DNA from: Terriglobia bacterium
GTDB lineage: Bacteria > Acidobacteriota > Terriglobia > Bryobacterales > Bryobacteraceae
Direction of reading: 5' to 3'
Assembly (NCBI GenBank): GCA_963696335.1
Contig: CAVOJS010000005.1
Span: 39,910-103,909 of the forward strand
Length of the DNA: 64,000 nt
Shown here piece by piece: positions 54,276-62,461 of this stretch (position 1 is the first letter of the stretch; each line of letters opens with the position of its first letter). A program made the position numbers and the translations under genes. The notes under the pieces are model-generated. The model was given only the letters and a program-made list of their open reading frames with translations, had not been told where the DNA came from and ran no database searches.

Positions 54276-55022
54276 TCAGGGGAGCTGCTTGGGAGGCACG
54301 ATCGATTGGCGTTGCAGAGCGTCTCCCGAATCGCACCAATCTTCGAAGGCATAGCTTCCGGGCGGCTGCCGGTCAAAAGAAATCTGATACTCGTGCGGCT
54401 TTTGGTAGATCTTGGGATCGATCCACGTATACGTAACCGTCAGGCGCTTCGCCTCCTGCGTAAGATGGAAACGCTCGTGAAGGTGCGTTTCAGCTGTCCG
54501 CCAGCCCTGGCCGAACGCGACGCGTCCGGTGGTGAAACCGGTTGTATCCACAACCAGATCTCCGCCTTCGTAGTGCCCGACGGAGTGCCCGCCGGGGGTC
54601 GGATTCCAGCGCGATGGGTCGGGATGGGCGCGGCCGTCGATGTAAATATGCCGCCCGGAAGGATTCTCACGGGTCACCAAGACTTCGTCCTTGCCTTGGA
54701 CAATAAAAAAGGCGGCCGAATTTACGTCCACGCCTCCGAAACCACCGCCGCCGCAGCGTCCTTCGGTGACGATGTAGGCCTCACCGACTTCGTGGGGGCG
54801 ATTGTTTTCGGCAAAAGCAAAGCGCGGAGGAGCGGGCGGAGGCATCTGCGCCAGCGCCTGGGGCGTGAGAACGGCCCGAGGGAACAGATCGTCGATGCCG
54901 CCGTAGCTGCCGCCACCGGCCAGATCGAGACGGGTCCACCCGCCTTCAAGGTCCGGCACCTGGGCAAAAACACAACCGGCGGCGAGGACTACAAGAACAC
55001 TAAGCGTGACGGGTGCCTTCAT
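54276..55022 (-). CDS. Secreted protein of the SGxW family, subtype C2
   Basis: The likely start is ATG 55022 (MKAPVTLSVLVVLAAGCVFAQ). Motifs are DLEGGW, YIDGRAHPDP and GHSVGHYEGGDLVVDTTGF, with a Cys pair (GRCGGGG ... DWCDSGD). Confidence 0.8.
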   Translation of the reverse strand: MKAPVTLSVLVVLAAGCVFAQVPDLEGGWTRLDLAGGGSYGGIDDLFPRAVLTPQALAQMPPPAPPRFAFAENNRPHEVGEAYIVTEGRCGGGGFGGVDVNSAAFFIVQGKDEVLVTRENPSGRHIYIDGRAHPDPSRWNPTPGGHSVGHYEGGDLVVDTTGFTTGRVAFGQGWRTAETHLHERFHLTQEAKRLTVTYTWIDPKIYQKPHEYQISFDRQPPGSYAFEDWCDSGDALQRQSIVPPKQLP

Positions 55023-55345
55023 GCATTCCAACTCGGGCAGCTTCGTACCCCGATCTCGCGATTTTAAGGAGCGGCGCGCGGTTGGTTCAAGGTGGCTACC
55101 GTTCCAATACGCTCGACGAGCGAAGCTCACGTTCCTTTTCAATGAGATCACGCCTCTGATGGAGGCACGTAGAGAACGTAGCGCGGGCTTCTATGAAGAC
55201 GATTTCAGGAGCCTTTTTGCGGGCCGACGAGGACGGCGTTGGCACATTGGTGAAAAAGTCCCGACAGCCGTTCCGGTTTTCTGCTCAAATAACGCATGAA
55301 GGAATTCGAAACAGGGAGGTATTCAAGCATGGGGGCCTGTAAACA

Positions 55346-55852
55346 ATGTTGAACTCTCGAAGCGCTGTTCTCGGGCGTCTCGCATTTGTCGCGATGGCTG
55401 CGGCCTGCTCCGTCACTTTACTCGCGCAGGCGACTCCCGGAGTTGTGACCGTCTTCGATCACGAAAAACTGGACGCGTCTTTTTCGCAAGCGCTCGCCAA
55501 TGGGGGCGGCAACGCCCTCTGGAGCCACATCTCCGGACAAAAGACCTACACCGTGCAGACGCACAGCCGCGACTCGGTGAAGGCTGCCTGCAAACCCGAA
55601 GGATGCAGCCATACCGGCTACGTCGCGGTGGTGTACGTGGTGAGCGGCGCCGCGACGCTGCTCGTCGGCGGCACGGTGAAAGCGCCAGCCGCTGACAAAG
55701 CCGGGGGCAAATCCATGCAAGGACAATCGATTCAGGGCGGCGCGTCGCGCCGGATCCGGGCAGGCGATGTATTTATCATGCCCCCCGACACAGTCCATTG
55801 GTACAAAGACGTGGACGCGCCGTTCCGCTACATAGAAGTGCCGGTCCCATGA
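55346..55852 (+). CDS. Small secreted protein, cupin-like (tentative)
   Basis: The signal peptide is ...FVAMAAACSVTLLAQ. The sequence HTGYVAVVYVVSGAATLLVGG...IRAGDVFIMPPDTVHWY resembles a cupin barrel. Confidence 0.6.
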   Translation: MLNSRSAVLGRLAFVAMAAACSVTLLAQATPGVVTVFDHEKLDASFSQALANGGGNALWSHISGQKTYTVQTHSRDSVKAACKPEGCSHTGYVAVVYVVSGAATLLVGGTVKAPAADKAGGKSMQGQSIQGGASRRIRAGDVFIMPPDTVHWYKDVDAPFRYIEVPVP

Positions 55853-55893
55853 CCGGCCGGCTAGATAGAGATGCCGGTCCCGTGACGGGCCGG
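55832..55893. repeat. Imperfect 29-nt direct repeat (33-nt period, 25/29 identical) spanning the stop codon of 55346..55852
   Basis: Unit 1 is ATAGAAGTGCCGGTCCCATGACCGGCCGG (55832-55860). Unit 2 is ATAGAGATGCCGGTCCCGTGACGGGCCGG (55865-55893). Confidence 0.7.
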
Positions 55894-55894
55894 C
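55873..55894. terminator. GC-rich hairpin between two convergent genes (possible bidirectional terminator)
   Basis: GCCGGTCC pairs with GGGCCGGC (8 bp including one G-U pair), with a 6-nt loop. It sits between the stops at 55852 (+) and 55905 (-). There is no U-tract. Confidence 0.4.
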
Positions 55895-55904
55895 GCGCGA
55901 AACC

Positions 55905-57128
55905 TTAGAGCCGCGTCGTTGCGACCGAGGAGCGTGTAATCTGCGCGATGGTCGTGGTTCCGCATTGGCGCATGGTGCGCTGCAGTTCGGCGCGCAGAAT
56001 ATCGATGACACGCTCGACGCCATCCTGCCCGAATGCTGTCAGGCCCCACACGTACGGGCGGCCGATCCCGACCGCGCGCGCGCCCATCGCGAGCGCCTTG
56101 AAAGCATCGCTTCCCCGGCGCACACCGCCATCCACCAGCACCGGGATTTGATTGCCCACGGCTTCGATCACTTCCGGAAGAGTCTCAATCGTGGGACGCA
56201 AATCTTCGGTGGCGCGGCCGCCGTGATTGGAAACGATGATGCCGTCCACACCGCGCTCGCGTGCCATCTTCGCATCCTCGCCCGTTTCGACGCCCTTCAG
56301 CAGCAGCTTCACCGTGGTGGCTTTGCGCAGCTTGTCGAAAAGATCCCAGGTGGCCGTAAGAGGATTGATGCCGGGACCGCTCAGGCCCGTGAACATCGGC
56401 GAATTGCGGCGCCCTCCATTCTCGTTCGCATGGCACGTCGTGCACTGGCGCGTGTCCGTACGTCGAAAACGTTCCGCGGTTTCCAGATTCCGGCCGGCCA
56501 GGTTATCGATGGTCCAGGCAATGGCCGGGCAACCGGCGTCTTCCGCGCGCTTCACCAGTTTCTCGCCGTCCTCCCACTTGGTGGGCATATACAGCTGGTA
56601 CCACAGCCCGCTTCCGCGAGCCTTGGCCACGTCTTCCACGGCGATCGAGGTCTGGGTCGACAAAATCTGCAAACTGTTTTTTGCTTTTGCCGCTCGGCCC
56701 GATGCGACTTCGCCGTCGCCGTGGAACATGCGCTGGCCGCCCACCGGGCACAGGAAAATCGGACTGTCGTATTTCGCCCCGAACAGCTCAATGCCGGTAT
56801 CCACCTTGGCAACGTCCACCAACCGGCGCGGCCGCAGCTCGATGTGATGATATGCATTGATATTGGCGTTGTACGTTCCGTTGTCGTCCACGCCGGAAGC
56901 CATATAGCCCCAATGGGCGGGAGGCAGGGCCTGCCGCGCAAGCGGCTCAAAATCCATAATTTCGAGAGCGTCCTTGGCCGTCAGAATGGGAAACTTCGGA
57001 TCGCCGGGCGGCGTGCCCTGTTGGGGCTCGGCGAACCCTCGTTCCACGAACGCCTGCGCGAGAAGCGGGCTCCCGGCGAGGAAACGCAGAAAATCACGGC
57101 GATGACGGCGGAGCAGATCGGTATCCAT
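55905..57128 (-). CDS. FMN-dependent alpha-hydroxy-acid oxidase/dehydrogenase family protein with a Tat signal
   Basis: The Tat-like N-terminus is MDTDLLRRHRRDFLRFLAGSPLLAQA. Family-like sequences are IIVSNHGGR, VLVDGGVRRGSD and GIGRPYVWGL. Confidence 0.85.
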   Translation of the reverse strand: MDTDLLRRHRRDFLRFLAGSPLLAQAFVERGFAEPQQGTPPGDPKFPILTAKDALEIMDFEPLARQALPPAHWGYMASGVDDNGTYNANINAYHHIELRPRRLVDVAKVDTGIELFGAKYDSPIFLCPVGGQRMFHGDGEVASGRAAKAKNSLQILSTQTSIAVEDVAKARGSGLWYQLYMPTKWEDGEKLVKRAEDAGCPAIAWTIDNLAGRNLETAERFRRTDTRQCTTCHANENGGRRNSPMFTGLSGPGINPLTATWDLFDKLRKATTVKLLLKGVETGEDAKMARERGVDGIIVSNHGGRATEDLRPTIETLPEVIEAVGNQIPVLVDGGVRRGSDAFKALAMGARAVGIGRPYVWGLTAFGQDGVERVIDILRAELQRTMRQCGTTTIAQITRSSVATTRL

Positions 57129-57289
57129 GGCAACCTCGGTTCGCTGAACATTATACACACTGCATTACACGCGGCGTGCGAGCCTCGCCTCGAACCGAGA
57201 TTAATCTTATCCGAAAAAGACAAAGCCCGGCAGAGCAAAACGCTCCGCCGGGCCGGGAGGAATTCTGAACGGGAGAAATTCTGAAAATG

Positions 57290-58627
57290 CTAGGGACGGG
57301 CCGGTTTCAAATCGACCACGGCCATGGTCGGTCCGGGAGGGCCGACGGGCAGAAGACTTGGACCCGATCGTTTGGCGATCTTCTTCGGATCGATTTTGTT
57401 ATCGAAGACGAGTCCGATAAAGCAGTTGCTCATCTCCTCCCAATTCTGCAAGCCCCACACCACTTCCTTTTTAGGATCGGGGTTCCACGGATTGTTCGGA
57501 GAGTTATCAAAGTGCGAGATGCCGATCAGACGCGTGCCTTTCGGCAGGAGCACGGGTTCGGCGAAATCGAAGCCTAGCTGCCAGTTGAAATCCCACTTGG
57601 CCTTCAATAAGGTCTGCATTTCGCCGGTCGGATAAATAGCGCGGAGCTCGTAATCTTTGCCGCGAACATGCATGTGCGGCTGCGCGTAGACCAGCTTCAT
57701 GTCGGCCTGGGTGGTAAATTCACCGACCACTTCCGCGTTGCCGTCACCGGCGGGAATCTTCAAGTTGGAAGCAGTGGGCCCGTAGGAGGTGAAATAGCGC
57801 GTCGTATGCTCACCGGTGGCGTACGTGATGCCGACCTTGGTCCGGTCGGTCGTGGGCTTGCCCATGGTGGTGTAATGAATTTCAAAAATCAAATCCGATC
57901 CCTTGGGAATGAACTTCGCGGAATCTCCAAGGACGAAATTCTGCGCGCCGACGCCGGGGTTGAACTTCCCGATGATGTCGGTATTGTCCGAATTCTGCTT
58001 GGGCATTTCCGTCATAGGGAAGGCGACGCCATAGGGCGCATTGGCCATCCACTTGGAGCCTGGCGGAACGGCCCAGACCTCGCCGTGATGCACCACCTGG
58101 CGATTTCCTGGACGCATTTCCGCGGCGGCGACCCACACGTCCGTGGGAAAGTTGCCCTTCACCTTCATATATTGATATTCGACCGCGCCGGTCGCCGGAA
58201 TCTGGACGTCGTTGGGCATCTCCACGATCATGTCGGGTTTGATGTTCCATCCGTCGACGAATTCGCGCGGGGCGGGCTTATCCTTGGCGTCTCCCTCGAC
58301 CGCACCGCTGTCGGCCCAGGCGACAATCGCCTGCACTTCCGCCTCGGAAAGGGTGCGATCGTGAGCGAGCGGAAGCGATCCCTCTTCGGCGAACCAAGGT
58401 GGCATTTTCTTGGTGAGCACGGCCGCCTTCATGGCCTTGGCCCACGGCCGCGCGGCCTCGTAGCTCATAAAAGACATGGGCGCTATTTCGCCGGGACGGT
58501 GGCACTCCTGACAACGCTTCTGAAGAACGGGCAGGACGTCCTTATTAAAGGTCGCGGGCGCGCTCGCCGCAGAGCATGCGCCTGCCGCAGCGCCGGCGAT
58601 TATCGCAATCCATTGGGCGGTTTTCAT
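57290..58627 (-). CDS. Secreted protein with an N-terminal CxxCH haem-c-type motif. The C-terminal His-rich beta domain may be copper monooxygenase (PHM/DBH)-like (tentative).
   Basis: The signal peptide is MKTAQWIAIIAGAAAGACSA. It carries FNKDVLPVLQKRCQECHRPGEIAPMSF...MPPW, then later VVHHGEVW and AQPHMHVRGKDY. The likely start is ATG 58627. Confidence 0.7.
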   Translation of the reverse strand: MKTAQWIAIIAGAAAGACSAASAPATFNKDVLPVLQKRCQECHRPGEIAPMSFMSYEAARPWAKAMKAAVLTKKMPPWFAEEGSLPLAHDRTLSEAEVQAIVAWADSGAVEGDAKDKPAPREFVDGWNIKPDMIVEMPNDVQIPATGAVEYQYMKVKGNFPTDVWVAAAEMRPGNRQVVHHGEVWAVPPGSKWMANAPYGVAFPMTEMPKQNSDNTDIIGKFNPGVGAQNFVLGDSAKFIPKGSDLIFEIHYTTMGKPTTDRTKVGITYATGEHTTRYFTSYGPTASNLKIPAGDGNAEVVGEFTTQADMKLVYAQPHMHVRGKDYELRAIYPTGEMQTLLKAKWDFNWQLGFDFAEPVLLPKGTRLIGISHFDNSPNNPWNPDPKKEVVWGLQNWEEMSNCFIGLVFDNKIDPKKIAKRSGPSLLPVGPPGPTMAVVDLKPARP

Positions 58628-58966
58628 AATCAATCACTCCGAGGGCTGATTTTATGCAAATCACCCATTCTACATCTGGCTAATTTTTTAACAAGTTAGG
58701 ACGTGAGTGTCAAGGGTCCGCCCGTGCAAGGACCTGCGCGAAAAGCGAGACAAGTCTGCGCCTTCCCGCCCCTCGCGACGCATGCGCGGGTGCGGTTCTG
58801 TTTATCCTGTCCAAAAGACTTTTCGATGGGTTTTCTGACGCAAGAATACGCGCAGCGTCGTACACTACAAGAATCGGTTGCAAGCAGCAGGTTTTCAACG
58901 AGCGGGCTTGTTTGTTGCCGGTTCGTCCGCCTACGCCCCGTCCGCGCGTATAACAACTCATCCCCT

Positions 58967-61900
58967 ATGCAAAAAGTACTTGCCTTGAATCGCAGTGAAA
59001 TCGCCATCCGCATCATGCGTGCGGCTACGGAACTCGGCCTGCGAACGGTCGCGATTTATTCGAAGGAAGACCGGCTGACGCTGCACCGTTTCAAGGCCGA
59101 TGAGGCGTATGAGATCGGCGCGAACAAGGGGCCGGTGGAAGCCTATCTGGATGTCGCCGGGATCGTCGCGCTCGCCAAGGAAAAAGGCGTCGACGCCATT
59201 CATCCCGGCTACGGATTTCTGTCCGAGAATCCCGCCCTGCCGCGTGCCTGCGAAGAGGCCGGGATCACCTTCGTCGGCCCGAGCGCGGAATTGCTGGAGC
59301 TTTTGGGCGATAAGACCGCGGCCCGGAAGCTGGCGGAAGCGGCGGGTGTGCCGATCATTCCCGGAACCGAGACTCATGTCGAAGGCCGCGAGGAAGTGGA
59401 GAAGGCCGCGAAAAAAATCGGCTATCCGCTGATCCTCAAGGCCGCTTTTGGAGGCGGCGGGCGCGGCATGCGCGTAGTGGAAAATCCCGCGGACCTGATT
59501 CCCAAATACGATGAGGCGAGCCGCGAGGCGGCCGCGGCGTTCGGCAACGGGGCGATGTTCCTCGAACGATTCATCCGCAAGCCGCGCCACATAGAAGTCC
59601 AGATCCTGGGCGACCGGCACGGCAACATCGTGCATCTTTATGAGCGCGATTGTTCCGTGCAAAGGCGGCATCAGAAAGCGGTCGAGGTGGCGCCGGCCGT
59701 GGGGCTCGATCCCAAAATTCGCGCGGAGATTTGCAACGCGGCCGTGCGGCTGGCGAAGAAGGCCGGTTATTACAACGCGGGAACGGTCGAGTTCCTGGTG
59801 GATACCGAAACCAACGAGTGGTTTTTTATCGAAGTGAATCCACGGATCCAGGTGGAGCACACGGTGACGGAGGTGGTGACGGGGATCGATCTGGTGCGCG
59901 CGCAGCTGCTCGTGGCCCAGGGGAAATCGCTGCACGGGCCGGAAATCAACCTGCCCGATCAGGAGCACGTTCCGCTTCAGGGCTACGCGCTGCAATGCCG
60001 CGTGACCACCGAGGATCCGGCGAACAACTTCGCGCCGGACTACGGAAAGATTCATACCTACCGTTCTCCGGGCGGATTTGGCGTGCGGCTCGACGCGGGG
60101 TCGGCCTACGGCGGCGCGGTGATCAGTCCGTTCTATGATTCGCTGCTCGTCAAGATCACCGCCTCCGGCCGCGATTTTCCGCAAGCGTGCAAACGCATGG
60201 ATCGCGCGCTGCGGGAATTCCGCGTGCGCGGGGTGAAGACCAATATTCCGTTTCTCGAAAACGTGGTGAATCATCCCACGTTCCAGAGCGGCAAAGTAAC
60301 AACGCGTTTTCTCGACGAAACCCCCGCGCTGTTCCGCTTCACGCAAAGGCGCGATCGCGCGACCAAACTCTTGCATTATTTCGCGGAAGTGATCGTCAAC
60401 GGAAACGCGGAAGTAAAGGGCAAGACGATTCCGGAGAAGCTCAGGCGCGTGCCGGTGCCCGTCATCGCCGCAACTCCTCCGCCTTCCGGAACACGCCAGA
60501 TGTTACTGAAACTGGGCGCCGAGAAATTCGCCGAGTGGACAGCATCCCAGAAGCGGCTTCTGATCACCGACACAACCTTTCGCGACGCCCATCAATCTTT
60601 GATGGCGACGCGCATGCGTACGTATGACATGGCGGCGATCGCGGGCTACGTCGCGCGGCGTTTGCCGAATCTTTACAGTCTCGAAGCGTGGGGCGGCGCG
60701 ACCTTCGACGTCTCCATGCGATTCCTGCTGGAAGATCCGTGGCATCGTCTGCGCCGTCTCCGGGAACTGGTTCCGAATATCTGCCTGCAGATGCTCTTGC
60801 GCGGCGCGAACGCCGTCGGGTACACGGCTTATCCCGACAACGTGGTGCGTGAGTTCATCAAGGAGTCGGCGGCGCAAGGCATCGATATTTTCCGCATCTT
60901 CGATTCGTTGAACATTGCCTCCAACATGAAGATCGCGATGGAGGCCACCCGCAAGATCGACAACGTCATCTGCGAGGCGGCGATCTGCTACACCGGCGAT
61001 ATTCTGGATCCCCAACGCGATAAATACTCGCTCGCGTACTACGTCGCGATGGCCCAGCAGTTGAAGAAGCAGGGTGCGCACATTCTGTGCATCAAGGATA
61101 TGGCCGGGCTGCTGAAGCCCTACGCGGCGGAGAAGCTGGTGAAGGCGCTGAAGGAAGAAGTCGGGCTGCCGATCCACTTGCACACGCACGATACCAGTGG
61201 CATGAACGCCGCGACGATTCTCAAGGCGAGCGACGCGGGCGTGCACGCTGCCGACGCCGCCGTCGCGTCCATGAGCGGGACCACGAGCCAGCCGAACATG
61301 AACTCCATCGCCGCGGCGCTTGCGAATACCCGGCGCGACACGGAGCTTGATGCCGGCGCTCTGAATGAATATTCCGAGTACTGGGAAGTGGTGCGTTCCT
61401 ATTACGCGCCGTTCGATAACGCGCCCAAATCCGGTTTGGCCGATGTGTATCTCCATGAGATGCCCGGCGGCCAGTACACCAACTTGAAAGAACAGGCGGA
61501 GGCGATGGGCCTGGGAGAGCGATGGCCTGACATTGCGCGCACCTACGCGGATGTGAATCGGGCCTTCGGCGATATCGTGAAAGTGACGCCTTCGAGCAAG
61601 GTCGTGGGCGATATGGCGATCTTCCTTGTGACCCACGGCATGACCGTTTCCGAGTTTGAGCGTTTAGATGAAAATCACACGCTGACGCTGCCGAACTCCG
61701 TGGTCGAGATGTTCGAGGGAGCGCTCGGCATTCCCGCCGGCGGCTGGCCGAAGAAGATTCAAAAGATCATCCTGAAGGGCGCGAAGCCGGGCCATGGGCG
61801 TCCCGGGGCGCACCTCGAACCCGCGGACCTCACCGCGACCGGCGATTTGATCGAGAAAAAGATCGGACGGCGTCCGTCCTCCGACGAGATTCTCAGTTAC

Positions 61901-62407
61901 CTGATGTACCCGGAAGTGTTTTTGAAATTCGCGCGAGCCTCCCAGACCTACGGCGATGTCGACGTGATTCCCACCGCGCAGTTTTTTTATGGGATGAAGA
62001 CGGGAGAAGAAATTTCGGTTGAGATTGAAGCCGGGAAAACGCTGGTGGTGAAATACCTGACGACCAGCGAGCCTCGCCCCGACGGACATCGCACGGTGTT
62101 TTTCGAGTTGAACGGCCAGCCGCGCGAAGTCGCCGTGCGGGATAGTTCGATTCGCGCGACCGCGTCGGAGAAGCAATTGGCCGATCCGAATCAGGCGGGA
62201 CAGGTGGGCGCGCCGACACCCGGAATGGTCGCGGCCGTCGCGGTGGAGCTGAATCAGCCGGTGCAGAAGGGCGATCGCCTCCTGGTGCTGGAAGCCATGA
62301 AGATGCAGACCACGATTTACGCGCCGATGAGCGGAAAAATCACGCAGAAACTGGCGCAGCCGGGGCAGACGGTGGACGCGAAGGAACTGCTATTCGTGAT
62401 TAGCTAG
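58967..62407 (+). CDS. pyc: Pyruvate carboxylase, single-chain (biotin carboxylase + carboxyltransferase + biotinyl domain)
   Basis: ATG 58967 gives MQKVLALNRSEIAIRIMRAA. Motifs are GGGGRGMR, ITDTTFRDAHQSL and the biotin attachment site LEAMKMQ. The 88-codon upstream ORF extension is rejected. Confidence 0.95.
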   Translation: MQKVLALNRSEIAIRIMRAATELGLRTVAIYSKEDRLTLHRFKADEAYEIGANKGPVEAYLDVAGIVALAKEKGVDAIHPGYGFLSENPALPRACEEAGITFVGPSAELLELLGDKTAARKLAEAAGVPIIPGTETHVEGREEVEKAAKKIGYPLILKAAFGGGGRGMRVVENPADLIPKYDEASREAAAAFGNGAMFLERFIRKPRHIEVQILGDRHGNIVHLYERDCSVQRRHQKAVEVAPAVGLDPKIRAEICNAAVRLAKKAGYYNAGTVEFLVDTETNEWFFIEVNPRIQVEHTVTEVVTGIDLVRAQLLVAQGKSLHGPEINLPDQEHVPLQGYALQCRVTTEDPANNFAPDYGKIHTYRSPGGFGVRLDAGSAYGGAVISPFYDSLLVKITASGRDFPQACKRMDRALREFRVRGVKTNIPFLENVVNHPTFQSGKVTTRFLDETPALFRFTQRRDRATKLLHYFAEVIVNGNAEVKGKTIPEKLRRVPVPVIAATPPPSGTRQMLLKLGAEKFAEWTASQKRLLITDTTFRDAHQSLMATRMRTYDMAAIAGYVARRLPNLYSLEAWGGATFDVSMRFLLEDPWHRLRRLRELVPNICLQMLLRGANAVGYTAYPDNVVREFIKESAAQGIDIFRIFDSLNIASNMKIAMEATRKIDNVICEAAICYTGDILDPQRDKYSLAYYVAMAQQLKKQGAHILCIKDMAGLLKPYAAEKLVKALKEEVGLPIHLHTHDTSGMNAATILKASDAGVHAADAAVASMSGTTSQPNMNSIAAALANTRRDTELDAGALNEYSEYWEVVRSYYAPFDNAPKSGLADVYLHEMPGGQYTNLKEQAEAMGLGERWPDIARTYADVNRAFGDIVKVTPSSKVVGDMAIFLVTHGMTVSEFERLDENHTLTLPNSVVEMFEGALGIPAGGWPKKIQKIILKGAKPGHGRPGAHLEPADLTATGDLIEKKIGRRPSSDEILSYLMYPEVFLKFARASQTYGDVDVIPTAQFFYGMKTGEEISVEIEAGKTLVVKYLTTSEPRPDGHRTVFFELNGQPREVAVRDSSIRATASEKQLADPNQAGQVGAPTPGMVAAVAVELNQPVQKGDRLLVLEAMKMQTTIYAPMSGKITQKLAQPGQTVDAKELLFVIS

Positions 62408-62461
62408 CGCGGTTTCTATTGGGCGCGCTCGTCGGTTTGAAACTGTTACGATAAACCGCCA

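Noticed and set aside
58958-61636. Two long minus-strand ORFs (58958-60376 and 60503-61636) opposite pyruvate carboxylase.
   Set aside because: The plus strand encodes a full-length pyruvate carboxylase with all signature motifs. The antisense ORFs have no family resemblance.
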